A stretch of 64,000 nucleotides of DNA from positions 3,232,001 to 3,296,000 of the forward strand of contig OZ219747.1 of the NCBI GenBank assembly GCA_964291265.2, given 5' to 3'. The translations under genes were made by a program, and so were the position numbers. Shown here piece after piece: positions 23,464 through 34,110 of the stretch. The stretch is from Alphaproteobacteria bacterium (GTDB taxonomy: Bacteria; Pseudomonadota; Alphaproteobacteria; SP197). A model generated the notes under the pieces. It had not been told where the DNA came from. It worked only from the letters and a program-made list of their open reading frames with translations, and ran no database searches. Every line of letters begins with the position of its first letter. Positions within the stretch are counted from its first letter, which is position 1.

Positions 23464-25524
23464 TCAGAAAGAGTCCCCGCCTGGGGCCACCAGAACCCTG
23501 TCGCGCTTCACGTGATCTGTCGCATCGAGCGTTCTCGCATAGAGGTGGCCGGCATGGACTGCCGCGGCGATGGTCTGCGGCGCCTCGCAGTCACCGATGC
23601 GGCGGACGCTCTTCAGACCGGCATCCGCGTGTTCCTCCTGTCGGCCCATCAACGCCTTCCACAGATCCTCCAGTGGCCGGCGAGACGTCACGACGACGAT
23701 GTTCCTGCATGGAATCGCGACATTCTCTGCCCCGGATGCGTGGGCAAGAACTGCCTCGCTGCCATCGAAACCGCGCAGCAGTCGCGATGTCCAGGTGACG
23801 ACGCCGATCTCGATGAGACGGGCCTCGATACGCCCCTGGTCCAGGGTATGCGCACAGAGGGGCGACACGATGCCGGCGCTGGTGGCGACAACGACATCGA
23901 GTCCGCGTCCGGCAAGCGTTTCGGCCATGACGCCACCCATGTAGAAATGATCGTCGTCATAGACCAGTACCGGGCCATCGATGGGTGTACCCTCCATGAC
24001 GTCGTCGGGCGTCAGGACTCCATCGAGGTCATGCCCTTCGAATGGCGTGAAACTCGAACGCCCCGTCCCGTCGCGCCGCCAGGTCGAACCGGTGGCGATG
24101 CACACATGACCGAAGCCGAACTCCAGGACCTGGTCGGCGTCCAGTCTGCTTGATCGATAGATGTCCACGTTGGCGAGTTTGGCGATCTGGCCCACTCTCC
24201 AGTCCCTGACCCGTGACCATGTCGAAAGGCCTGACAGGGCCGCTTCCCGAGCCACCCGTCCTCCGAGTCCGGTGGAGGCCTCGGCGAGCGCCACCTGGTA
24301 GCCCCGGCGCCCCGCAGCGAGAGTCGCCTCGAGCCCGGCGGGTCCGGCCCCGACCACGAGCACCTTCTCGTCGGACGAGGCTTGGGTCATGATTTCGGGG
24401 TGCCATCCCCGGCGCCACTCCTCGCCCATGGTCGGGTTCTGCGTGCACCTCAGCGGCACGCCCAGGCCGTTGCTGAGGATGCATATGTTGCAGCCAATGC
24501 ACTCGCGGATGTCGTCAAGCCGGCCGTCTCGGATCTTGGCCGGAAGGAAGGGATCGGCAATGGATGGCCGCGCCGCGCCGATGAGGTCCATGAGTCCCTT
24601 GTTGATGACCGAGACCATGCGATCCGGCGACGTGTACCGGCCCACCGCCACAACCGGTTTCGTGGTCACCTGCTTGACGAAGGCAACGTAGTCCTCCTGG
24701 GCGCCCTCTTCGGCGAAGCGCGCCGTGCGGGCATCGGCAGGGAAATTCGCCAAGTTGACATCCCAGAGGTCCGGAAGTTCGGCAAGGTACTCGACGAGGT
24801 CCCGCCCTTCGCCGTCGCATGTGATGCCCATGTCGGTATCAAGATTGTCGACGGCAAAGCGCAGCACGACAGCGCAGCGGTCTCCGACCGCGTCCCCGGT
24901 CTCCTCCAGGAGTTCCCGGATCAACCGGGCCCGGTTCTCGAAGCGGCCCCCGTACTCATCCGCGCGCCGGTTCTGAACCGGTGACAGGAACTGGGCCGGG
25001 AGATAGCCGTGCGCGGCATAGACATAGACAAGATCGAATCCCGCTTCCCGGGCGCGCAGGGCCGACAGCCGGTGCAGGCGTCGAAACTCCCGGATGTCGG
25101 CCTTGTCCATGGCTCTCGTCTGCGTGAATCCATGCCACACCGGCATGGACATCGGGGCTGCCGGAACGGCCCGGGTGAGGCCGTTGTTGGTGGCATATCC
25201 GCCGTGCCACAACTCGACGCCAGCGAGCGACCCGTGCCGGTGCACGGCCTCGACCATGGCGGCCTGAACGCTGATGTCGTCGTCGTCCCACAGGGTGCAG
25301 TAATGATGACCGAAGTCATCTGACGAAGGATCGATGGAACAGTACTCTGTGCACACGACACCCCAACCGCCCTCGGCCTTGATTCCGCGCATGGCATTGA
25401 GAGTCTGCGGGAGGGCAAAGCCCATGCCCGAACAGTGCGGCACCTGATAGAATCTGTTGGGAGCCGTGACCGGTCCGATGCGAATGGGCTCGAACAGGAT
25501 GTCGTAGCGCGGATCGCGTGTCAT
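23464..25524 (-). CDS. Trimethylamine/dimethylamine/histamine dehydrogenase-family Fe-S flavoprotein
   Basis: RDPRYDILFEP...NRFYQVPHC (6-S-cysteinyl-FMN Cys), YAAHGY, CIGCNIC...C [4Fe-4S] motif and GAGPAG. Confidence 0.9.
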   Translation of the reverse strand: MTRDPRYDILFEPIRIGPVTAPNRFYQVPHCSGMGFALPQTLNAMRGIKAEGGWGVVCTEYCSIDPSSDDFGHHYCTLWDDDDISVQAAMVEAVHRHGSLAGVELWHGGYATNNGLTRAVPAAPMSMPVWHGFTQTRAMDKADIREFRRLHRLSALRAREAGFDLVYVYAAHGYLPAQFLSPVQNRRADEYGGRFENRARLIRELLEETGDAVGDRCAVVLRFAVDNLDTDMGITCDGEGRDLVEYLAELPDLWDVNLANFPADARTARFAEEGAQEDYVAFVKQVTTKPVVAVGRYTSPDRMVSVINKGLMDLIGAARPSIADPFLPAKIRDGRLDDIRECIGCNICILSNGLGVPLRCTQNPTMGEEWRRGWHPEIMTQASSDEKVLVVGAGPAGLEATLAAGRRGYQVALAEASTGLGGRVAREAALSGLSTWSRVRDWRVGQIAKLANVDIYRSSRLDADQVLEFGFGHVCIATGSTWRRDGTGRSSFTPFEGHDLDGVLTPDDVMEGTPIDGPVLVYDDDHFYMGGVMAETLAGRGLDVVVATSAGIVSPLCAHTLDQGRIEARLIEIGVVTWTSRLLRGFDGSEAVLAHASGAENVAIPCRNIVVVTSRRPLEDLWKALMGRQEEHADAGLKSVRRIGDCEAPQTIAAAVHAGHLYARTLDATDHVKRDRVLVAPGGDSF

Positions 25525-25762
25525 GGTTCCCGATCTCCCGTTCCGAGGCCAGCGTACCTTCCCGCGCCCTGGCTGTCAGCGGTCCGATTGACAGGGCGCC
25601 GGTGCCTGCCGCAACTGGATGGACCCACTCCATGAATGATCTCAGCGAAAGCTTGAGCGATGCCGAACGTTCGAATGAGCCCGGCAACGGAAACGATGAG
25701 GGTCAAGAGCCAGTCCGTGTCGATGCTTATTGCTGTTTCGTGACGTCCATTGTGAATAACGC

Positions 25763-25990
25763 CAGACATCCTGACCTCGCCCAATGTCAGACGAGACGAT
25801 TCTGGAGTGTTGCGCCATCGTCAGGGAGACCCCCCTCGCGTCTGCGTGGCCGCTGCGGTGCACCAGGGACCGTCTCACCCCTGGCCTTCAGGAGCTTCAC
25901 CGCACGGTAGACGCCTTCGTGCGAGGCATTGAAGGCTTGGCCAGGTCGACACAGCTCAACGCCGGTGACCGTGTAGAACCTGCCAAGCGC
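25763..25990 (-). mobile_element. Truncated end of an AGACATCCTGA-terminated transposon-family element
   Basis: About 230 bp clearly homologous to 31682-31910; the terminal motif is shared with 29139. Confidence 0.75.
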
Positions 25991-25999
25991 TCCCGGGAT

Positions 26000-26660
26000 C
26001 ATCGCCGTCCGCGCCATCGAGCGGAACGTGGTCTGCGAGCCATGCCGCCAGCATGCCGGTTCTCTCACGCGCGGACCGGAGGTCGACGAACGCGGTCTCC
26101 GCGTCGTGGCGCACCTGCCAGGTCTCCACCGCACGGCGTTACTCCGCCGTTAGCCCCGCGGACTGCGCCAGGGCCGCGCCGCGGCGGGAGAGATCCGCAT
26201 GGTCCGCCAGGAGGGAGACCGGCACGGCGTCCTTCCGCGACCGTTCGACCAGGGTCCGCCAGTCGCGGGCAAAGCGCGCGGCATCGTCCTTCAGCCGCAC
26301 CTGTTCCAGACCGGCAAGCGCGGCCTCGAGGCGTTGGCTGTCTGCCGTCGGGAGTGCCGGCGCGTCTTCTCCGGCGAGCCGCCGCCGGGCGCTGTCGACA
26401 AGGGCCGTTCCCGCATCGCGCCATCAACACGTCCGCCAGGCCGGGCCATTTCCTGCAGGGTGACCCGCGGACCCGGCCGCCCATGTCAGTTCCGGCCAGC
26501 GCCGCGGCTGGTCCTGCAGGCCGGCGATGAGCTCCCGGACCTGGCGCTCCGCGGTGCGCGCCGCTTCCAGGGAACAAGGCGGTCGTCGACGAAGGCGCGC
26601 ATCTCGTCCGGCAGGTCCTCGACCGTCGCGAAGGCGGCGAGGTCACTGGCGCCCCCGCGC
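26000..26660 (-). pseudogene. Degenerate helical protein fragment, possibly the C-terminal region of a conjugative relaxase
   Basis: Coding-like frames with frameshifts and stops (LPDEMRAFVDD, RFARDWRTLVER). No catalytic motif is visible, so the identity is inference only. Confidence 0.3.
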
Positions 26661-26665
26661 GCTGG

Positions 26666-28147
26666 TCAGTTCTTGTGGGCGCCGAAGGCACCGTCCATGT
26701 GACCCTCGGTTCCGTATTGCGCACTGAACCTGCCGTGGATGCCGGTCGGCTGGCTGTCGGCGCCCGGCGTCCTCTGGCTGTCGTTGAAGAAATGAGCCCA
26801 AGCGCCGTAATGCGGTAGGAGCCTCTCGCCCTTCACCGCGTCGATGGTCCAGCTCGTTCGGCCGCCCAGCCCGGTTCTGTCAGTCCCGGTAATGTCGGCC
26901 TGCTCCAGATCGACCTTCCAGTTGCGGCTCCGTCCGCCTACCATGAATTCGGTGATCGTGCCCGTGACCGTCCCGAGCGCGGTGCCGTCGCCGAAGGCGG
27001 CGGTCACCGTGGCCTTGGCCGTCCACTCGCCGGCCTCGTCGGCTTGGCCTTGTCGTTTCAGGGCATACATGCCGGTCGCCGCCCCCACGTAGGTCCCTGT
27101 GCCAGTCGCCACGGCCGGGGCGCCGACCGGGTCGGCCTCATACCATCCAGGTTGGTCGTTATCCCAAAATTCGACATTGGCAAACTCCTGGAAGGCCAGC
27201 GCGCCGTCCTGCTTGTCCTTCTGCAGCCACCAGCCAAAGAGCGTGTGCCTGTAGTCCGTTATACCGTCCGAATCCGGCGCCTCAAGGTCCGTGTAGAACA
27301 CGAGGGTGTGTTCGTACCTGTCGTTGCTGCCGGTCGCACGAGTGCCGGCCCATCCGTGGAGGGCAGGAAGCTTCTCCGACGTCAGGCTGAGCCGGAGATC
27401 CGTATTATCGTCACCTGCTTCGTCGCTGACCATGAAGCTCAGCGCTTCATCGTGCATCGCCGACGTGACGATCCAGTAATGGTTGATGAGGCGTTGGCTG
27501 ACTTGGGCCCCCTTGTCCACCTCGAAAAGGAGTTGGACGGAATCGCGACCCGCGCCCACAGCTCTGTCTTCAAGAGCGGCGAACACCTCGGCGACATCCA
27601 CGGAAGGCGTTACCGGCGGAGGGTCGCCAGTCGAAGGCGTACCACCAGTCGAAGGTGTGCCGTCAGCCGGAGGCGTTCCATCAGCCGGAGGCGTTCCATC
27701 ATCCGGAGGCGTTCCATCATCCGGAGGCGTTCCATCATCCGGAGGCGTTCCATCATCTGGAGGGGCTCCGTCATCCGGAGGCGTTCCATCATCCGGAGGC
27801 GTTCCATCATCTGGAGGGGCTCCGTCATCTGGAGGCGTCGGCGTCACCGTCGGCATACCGCCGGTATAGGTGGCCGTCTTGTTGGCATCCACGGTGACCA
27901 TGCAGGCCTCACCGCCAGCCGGGCAGGTGTAGGTGACACCGCCGAGCGTCCTGCTTTCGCCGGGGGCAATGGTCAAGGCGCCGGCCATGATCGCGGCATC
28001 ATCATCAATGCCGGACAGGTCCAGGGACTTCGGCGCCGGCGTCATCGTCACGTCTGCCTTCTTGGACGACCCGCCGCCACCGCAGCCTGCGAGTGCCAGG
28101 CAGGCAACGGTCATCGCCGCCAGAACCACATGTTGCGTCGTTCTCAT
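26666..28147 (-). CDS. Surface lipoprotein with Pro/Asp repeat linker and C-terminal TbpB-like beta-barrel
   Basis: Lipobox LALAGC followed by GGGGSS; GTGTYVGAATGMY, VTGTITEF and terminal GAFGAHKN. Confidence 0.78.
   Translation of the reverse strand: MRTTQHVVLAAMTVACLALAGCGGGGSSKKADVTMTPAPKSLDLSGIDDDAAIMAGALTIAPGESRTLGGVTYTCPAGGEACMVTVDANKTATYTGGMPTVTPTPPDDGAPPDDGTPPDDGTPPDDGAPPDDGTPPDDGTPPDDGTPPDDGTPPADGTPPADGTPSTGGTPSTGDPPPVTPSVDVAEVFAALEDRAVGAGRDSVQLLFEVDKGAQVSQRLINHYWIVTSAMHDEALSFMVSDEAGDDNTDLRLSLTSEKLPALHGWAGTRATGSNDRYEHTLVFYTDLEAPDSDGITDYRHTLFGWWLQKDKQDGALAFQEFANVEFWDNDQPGWYEADPVGAPAVATGTGTYVGAATGMYALKRQGQADEAGEWTAKATVTAAFGDGTALGTVTGTITEFMVGGRSRNWKVDLEQADITGTDRTGLGGRTSWTIDAVKGERLLPHYGAWAHFFNDSQRTPGADSQPTGIHGRFSAQYGTEGHMDGAFGAHKN
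27620..27836. repeat. 18-bp tandem repeat (PPDDG[T/A]) x10 plus 2 degenerate units
   Basis: GGAGGCGTTCCATCATCC-type units, in frame in the lipoprotein. Confidence 0.95.
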
Positions 28148-28750
28148 CGAACTCTTCTCCTCTCTCCAAGCCCGGACCGACCGGGCCAATCGTTTGAACC
28201 GTTCCTGCGTTCCCCGAACCACCCTCGGAAAGTCTTGAGCGTGATGCCGGTCACGAAGCCCGCGCCCTCAGTCTTCGGCGAACTTGCCGCGGTCCCCCTC
28301 GGCCATGATCAGCAAGTTCACCAGTCGATGCCCGCGTCGCCCTCGTGCGCGAAGCGCCATCCATGATCATCGCGACCGCCCGCGCCCGCGAGGCATGCTT
28401 CGCTTCCCAGCAACGCCCGGCGGAACAGTGGATCACTGTGGATGAGGGGTGGAGCCACAACCTCGGGGGGGGGCCGCGGCAGGTGCCGGGTGGAACCGGC
28501 TCCGTCGGGAGGGTCTTGCCACCGACGCGGCGTGCGCACTCCCGCATGCTCCCGGCAACGCGTTCATCCGCCTGCGCCCGGCGCTCTTCCAGTGGAGGAA
28601 GCGTGGGCGGGAAAGGCGGTATTCAGACGGGAGTGATGTCCCCGATGGCGAGCGGGTGGGCGCCGAAATCCAGCAACTCGGGGACATGCACCGTCGAACA
28701 GGCGCACGGCCGGGCCGTATTATGCCCCGGTGCATATCGCGGAATCTCAT

Positions 28751-28833
28751 GCAGAGGCGCAGAGGCGCAGAGGCGCAGAGGCGCAGAGGCGCAGAGGCGC
28801 AGAGGCGCAGAGGCGCAGAGGCGCAGAGGCGCA
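28751..28833. repeat. Perfect 8-bp microsatellite (GCAGAGGC) x~10
   Basis: Directly visible. Adjacent on the minus strand is TTGACT-N19-TAAAAT (28864-28834). Confidence 0.97.
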
Positions 28834-29255
28834 ATTTTACACCGAGATCAAGGCGGGAAGTCAAGTCCGAAATACACCCGTCGCAACGATTGTGCCAGAC
28901 CATAAACTGGCGCACGGCCGTCATGCAACAGGAGTTTCCGGCCCGGACCACTGCTGTGGCTGGCGGAGACGCAGTGCCTTACCGCGCCTTCCATGCGCTG
29001 GATACTCCGGCGGCCTTGCGGAAGAGCCGCAGACATGACTGCGGCAGAGTTGGACGTCACTCGCCGGCAGCCCGACCCGCCGCCTTTCAATCGTCCATTG
29101 CAACTGCTTGCCCGATATCAGTCGTATTGATCAAGATTGGACATCCTGACTTCGTCCAACTTCAAGTGAGGCGATTCTGGAGTGTTGCGCCGTCGATGTC
29201 GCAAACGGCGGAGGCTTGTTCTCGGATAGACTGTCCTGGTCTGGTTGAGGTCTTC

Positions 29256-29500
29256 GTGCAGCGAGTCTAGTTGCTGTACTTGCGAGTGAGAGTTCCGCCG
29301 GCGCAATTTCCAGTTTGGCGCCGTAGCATATCCCACTGGTTCAGGGGCGACCCTGGACCAGCGAGCTGGGACGTAGAAAGCCGTTGTGGGCTGGCTGGAA
29401 CGCAGTGTCCAGCCGGTTCGGTCAGCCAGGGCGGCGAGCAAACCGGAGGGCCGTGGCGAAAGCGAACGATTGGACGAAGCCCCGAGAAAACCATCCTAAC
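29256..29500 (+). ncRNA. Group II intron 5' fragment (domain I), antisense to the transposase
   Basis: Starts GTGCAGCGAGTCTAGTTGCTGTACTTGCGAGTGAGAGTTCCGCC, resembling group II intron 5' ends, and interrupts the transposase frame. No RT or domain V is present. Confidence 0.65.
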
Positions 29501-31247
29501 GGAACAGGGCCGGACTCCAGCCCTCCCGGTCGAAGACCAGCGTCAGGGCCGGCACGGCCATGTCGGCAGTGGTGAGATCCGGTGCATCCGGCCCCGCCAC
29601 GCCCAACTCCTCCAGCGCCGGCAGAACATCCCGTTCCAGGGCGCGGGTCAGGGTGGGATCGAGGTTCTTGTGCAGGCACAGCAGCGGCCGACCGCCAAGC
29701 GCATGGACCCAGTAGCTGACCGAAGCCGGCAGGCAGAGCTTCTGACGAGACACGAAGTGCTTCGGCTTAACCCCCTTGCGGCCGGTATACACTTTCACGT
29801 GACCGTCGACCGACAGCGTCGCGGTCGCCTCCGGGTCCTCCGCGCACCAGTCCCTCGCCAGTGCGCCCTGCCACGCCGTGAGCCGTTCCGCATCCGCCGC
29901 CAGCGCGCGAACCTTGCTCCGCAGCGTCTTGACCTCCGGACAGCGGTCCAGACCCAGGATGGCGCCCCATTCCCCCGGGGACTGGTAGCGTAGCGCCTCC
30001 GCGTTCCGCACCCGGACCAGCAGGAGAAAGGCCTGCAGCAACAGGATGCTCGTCACCCCGTAGTACCCCTTCGGCAACGACAGGAACGCGGGCGCGTGCT
30101 TCAGCAGCCCCTCCCGGAGAAGCGCCGGCAGCGCCGCGAGCACGCCGCCGTGCGCCACCGCCGACAGGGCCTCGGCAAACCGGGGCTGCGCCTCGGGCAA
30201 CCTTCCGACTGCAGCCGCGACCCGCCCCATGCCGTCCCGCGCACCGCGACCCATCGGCGCCGAACGGTCCCGATCGTCGCGGGCGGCGCGGTCGAGCGGA
30301 CGCGGCGCCGGGGATCCGCAGACCTCGGTGTCGCAGGCCGGCATGGACACTTCTTGCGGCCCATCGGGCTTCTCCGATGCATCCGGGCCGGACCCGGCAG
30401 TCGCGGCCTCCGGCCGCGCCGCGCCGATCGAACCCTTCCGGCGATGGTAGTTCAGGGTCGCGGCGTTCACGCCGAGTTCGCGGGCCGCCGCCGACACGCT
30501 CTTGCCCTCGGCCAGCAGACGGTCCGCTTCCTCGCGGATCTCCTGCGTGATCACCACGCGGCCACTCCCACCCGGACGGACACCGGACACGCCGGAGCCT
30601 CCAACCGCTCCCGCGAAAGGCAGATGACCCTTCCGGCGGTGGGCCTGCAACATCTCCTTCGACATCCCCAGAGCACGGGCCACCGCCGCATCGCTCCTCC
30701 CCTCGGCCAGGAGACCGAGAGCCTTCTCCTTCGTCGCGGCCGAGAGCGCCGGGACCTCGCGGCACGGACGAAGTCCGCGAGCGGCAGCACCGTCCCCCGA
30801 ACCCGCGGGCGCAAGATGGCCGCGCCGGCGGTTGTAGTTCAGCGTCTCCTTCGACAGCCCCAGTTCCCGCGCCACCGCCGCACCGCTCATCCCCTCGGCC
30901 AGCAGACGCGTCGCACGCTCCTTCATCTCCCCCGTGATCGCGCTCACCCCGCGTACCGGACAGAACTGCAGGAAGCCGGCCTCGCCCTCATCGCGCAATC
31001 GGTTCACCGACCGCTGCAGGGTCGTGCGAGAGAGACCGAAGGCCATCCGGATGTCCGCTCGGCGCACCCCGCTCTCGGCCAGGCGGGCCGCCCGCAGGAG
31101 CCAGGCGCCGCGATCGTCCACATCGTGAAAGTCGTAGGGTTCGAGGTTCGAAAAATAGACCACCTGACCGCGTTCGTTCTCGGCGAACGAGAAGCAGGAA
31201 TGTCCGATCGGAACCGCCTCGGGAGGGGACAGGGGAAGCGTGTCCAT
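29496..31247 (-). pseudogene. Putative DDE transposase with tandem HTH repeats, 3'-truncated
   Basis: GGVLAALPALL, PGEWGAILGLDRCPEVKTLR, VDGHVKVYTG and LVFDREGWS motifs; three LLAEGxSxxAxARxLG HTH repeats. Confidence 0.8.
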
Positions 31248-31396
31248 GGGCCACCTGGAGAAAGAAAGTGGGGTTGCGTACCTTACTCGACAGCAGATTC
31301 ACTTGTTAAGCCCGCCAAACCCTGAAAACCCTTGGTTTCCCTGTGGAAAAGGGCTCCGTCAGACCCAAGACGGCTTTCCGAAGTCAGGACGTCTGA

Positions 31397-31680
31397 GGTT
31401 CGCCGACACGGACATGGCTGGCCAGGGTCGAGTGGCGCTCCTTGAGTTCGGCGAGGTCCTCCTCGATGGCGCCGACCTCGGCAGCGAGAGCGTCTGTTGT
31501 CTTTCCCTTGGCGGTGGCCCTGGCGGTCCGCACATGCAGCTGAGCGAGGCGCGCCTGGTTTTTCTGGATGGCGCCTTACCCACGGTTCTCATGTGCGGAT
31601 TGACCACGAGGGTGTCGTGATCGAGCGTCTCGAAGCCATGCTCCGGCAGAGCGTCAAGGTTGTAGGTGTCACGCCTATAC
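31397..31680 (-). pseudogene. Internal fragment of another transposase of the same family
   Basis: YNLDALPEHGFETLDHDTLVVNP, a frameshift, then a coiled coil ending HVRVGE. Confidence 0.55.
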
Positions 31681-32211
31681 TCAGACATCCTGATCTCGGC
31701 CAATGTCAGATGAGACGATTTTGGAGTGTTGCGCATCGCCGGCATCGCCGGGGAGATCACCCTCTCGTCTGTGTGGCCGCTCCGGTACACCAGGGACCGT
31801 CTCGCCCCTGGCCATCAGGAGCTTCACCGCACGGTAGACGCCCTCGCGCGAGACAGTAAAGGTCTGGCCAGGTCGACACAGCTCAACGCCGACGACCGTG
31901 TTGAACCTGGCGATGCGCAGGGTCTGTCGACGGGTGTTATGATGGGCTGCATGGCAGTCGAAGGGCTCGAGATTGGTGAAGTACCATGCCTGATTGTCAA
32001 TGACGGCCCATGAGAAGGGTGTGGCATCGACTCCCTCGGAGTGGCAGGGAGGGTGCCATGGCGGACCAAAAGATGAAACATGTGATAATGGACATACTTA
32101 CCGTCACATGCCACGCGCAATCCGCGTCGAAACAACCGGAAACACAGGAAAACAGTGGATTTCCTGACGGGACCGATCTGCCTTCTCAGGAGACTAGGTC
32201 AGGATGTCTGA
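31681..32211. mobile_element. MITE-like non-autonomous derivative (531 bp)
   Basis: Terminal IRs TCAGACATCCTGATC / TCAGACATCCTGACC. No intact transposase inside. Confidence 0.75.
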
Positions 32212-32236
32212 ACATCAGCCGAAGGATCGTGGAACA

Positions 32237-33364
32237 ATGGCCTCATCGGATGTCATCGATCTGCTTCGCACGCTCGTCAGGCAGGATACGTGCGATCCCC
32301 CGGGAAGAGAAATCGAGATCGCCTCGCTGGTGCACGAACGGCTGCGTGGCGCGGGCATCGAGTGCAGTCTCGACGAGTTCGCACCCGGACGCGCCAATGT
32401 CGTGGCAAGGGTCAGGGGCAGGGGATCAAGACCGGCGATCGTCTTCTCGGCCCACTTCGACACCGTACCCCTTGGCAAGGAGGCCTGGAGCCGCGATCCC
32501 TTCGGTGGCGAGATTGTCGACGGAGCACTCTATGGCCGAGGCGCGGCCGACATGAAGAGCGGCATGGCAGCCATGATCGTTGCCGCCGAATTCCTGAACC
32601 GCGAGTCCGGATGTCTGGCGGGCGACCTTGTCCTTGCCCTGACCGCTGGAGAGAGCTCGAACTGTCTCGGCGCCCGGCGTCTGGCGGAAACCGATGCGCT
32701 GAAAGGTGCGGGCGCCCTGCTTGTGAGCGAGCCTTCGTCCATGGACGTCCTGCTGGCGGAGAAGGGGGCTCTCTGGTTGCGCCTGATCGCTTACGGGAAA
32801 TCCGGACACTCCTCCGCAGGAGCCGACGGCGGCCACAGCGCCATCGAGCGCATGATGGACGCACTGGCCGATCTCAGAGACTTCGATTTTCATGCCCGAA
32901 CGCACCCGCTGCTGGGTCTGCCGAGCGTGTCGGTGGGGCGCATCGAGGGTGGTACCGTGGTCAATCTGACGCCTGACAGGTGCCAAGCCGAGATTGATGT
33001 GCGCACACTGCCCGGCATGGACCCGGAGGCAGTCGAGAGCAAGCTGCTTTCCTGCCTTGGCCAGGATCTCGATATCGAGCGCATCGACTGCAAGCCGCCT
33101 GTCGAGACGCCTGCCGATCACCCCTTCGCCAAAGTCTGCCTCGAGACTGTGGCGGCCGGGCAGGGGTTCCCCGCCGCTCCCGGCGGAGCCGCCTACTACA
33201 GCGATGCCGCGGTCCTGGCGCCGGCGTTCGATCTTCCCATGGCCATCATCGGTCCGGGCAGGCTCGGAATGAGCGGCCAGACCGACGAGCATGTCATGAC
33301 GGCGGATGTGATCGGAGCGGCCGATCTCTATCGCAGGATTGCCTTGGCCTGGCTCGGGATCTGA
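32237..33364 (+). CDS. M20 metallopeptidase (ArgE/DapE-like deacylase)
   Basis: SAHFDTVP, YGRGAADMKSG, GES, SEP and GHSS. The upstream ATG at 32204 lies in the MITE IR. Confidence 0.9.
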   Translation: MASSDVIDLLRTLVRQDTCDPPGREIEIASLVHERLRGAGIECSLDEFAPGRANVVARVRGRGSRPAIVFSAHFDTVPLGKEAWSRDPFGGEIVDGALYGRGAADMKSGMAAMIVAAEFLNRESGCLAGDLVLALTAGESSNCLGARRLAETDALKGAGALLVSEPSSMDVLLAEKGALWLRLIAYGKSGHSSAGADGGHSAIERMMDALADLRDFDFHARTHPLLGLPSVSVGRIEGGTVVNLTPDRCQAEIDVRTLPGMDPEAVESKLLSCLGQDLDIERIDCKPPVETPADHPFAKVCLETVAAGQGFPAAPGGAAYYSDAAVLAPAFDLPMAIIGPGRLGMSGQTDEHVMTADVIGAADLYRRIALAWLGI

Positions 33365-33599
33365 CCTCCGTCCCGTTGTCGGAATACCGGCCATGGGCGC
33401 CGACGCCATGGGGCTCGGTGGCTGACGTGACTTCGAACATCCGGTGTTCTGTCGAGTCGGGTGGTCCGCCACTGCCCCATGGCCGGCTTTCGATGCCCCT
33501 GGCCGCAGGCGCCAGCGCGATCACCCGGCCCGGGCCGCTGCCTCTACCGGTGACCGCTACGGTAGTGTTGTCCGAGTTCCCGGTGTACCGTCACAGGCT

Positions 33600-34110
33600 C
33601 CCCTTGAGAGAGTCCGGATCAGTATCCGTGGACCGGACCCGTTGCATCGACAAGCTGTTCACAGCGCATGAAGCGCTTCGGATTGTCCAAAGACCTTGAT
33701 GGTCCCTGCGAACATGGTTGTCCCGGGTCGGCACGATGTCGCAATGAGGCGTGACATCGACGTTCTCCATCCCCCGGAGTGGATGGCTTGCAGGCAAGGG
33801 CTCAGGTTTCGCAGACGTTCAGAGGGGCCGCCCGGACATGTTCAGACTCGAGTGCGCTGATGAGCTGCGGTCTCATCGATGACACCGCTCCGCGACATGT
33901 CGTGAAGCAAGACCCCGGGTCTCGTGGAGGCAATGGCTGCCGATCAGGCCTCGTGCTTCTTCGGTCAGAGGTGTCACGATGATCACCTGGTCCGATTGCT
34001 GAGAGAACCTCGTGCGCGTCATCGGGACCGACCACCTTCTCCGCTCGGGACTTCAGGACGGGTCGCTTGCCGAAGACCGTCATGCCGAGCGCCCTGGCGA
34101 TGCGTGCTCA
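33600..34110 (-). pseudogene. Decayed D-2-hydroxyacid dehydrogenase
   Basis: Frameshifted fragments ARIARALGMTV, SDQVIIVTPLTEEARGLI, SRSGVIDE, LISALES and EPLPASHPLRGMENVDVTPHC. Confidence 0.7.

Larger units (their letters stand above)
29139..31396 (-). mobile_element. Poorly characterised transposon-family element, internally deleted
   Basis: IRs GGACATCCTGACTTCG / AGACGTCCTGACTTCG enclose the 29496..31247 transposase and a C-terminal remnant (EDLNQTRTVYP). Confidence 0.75.
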
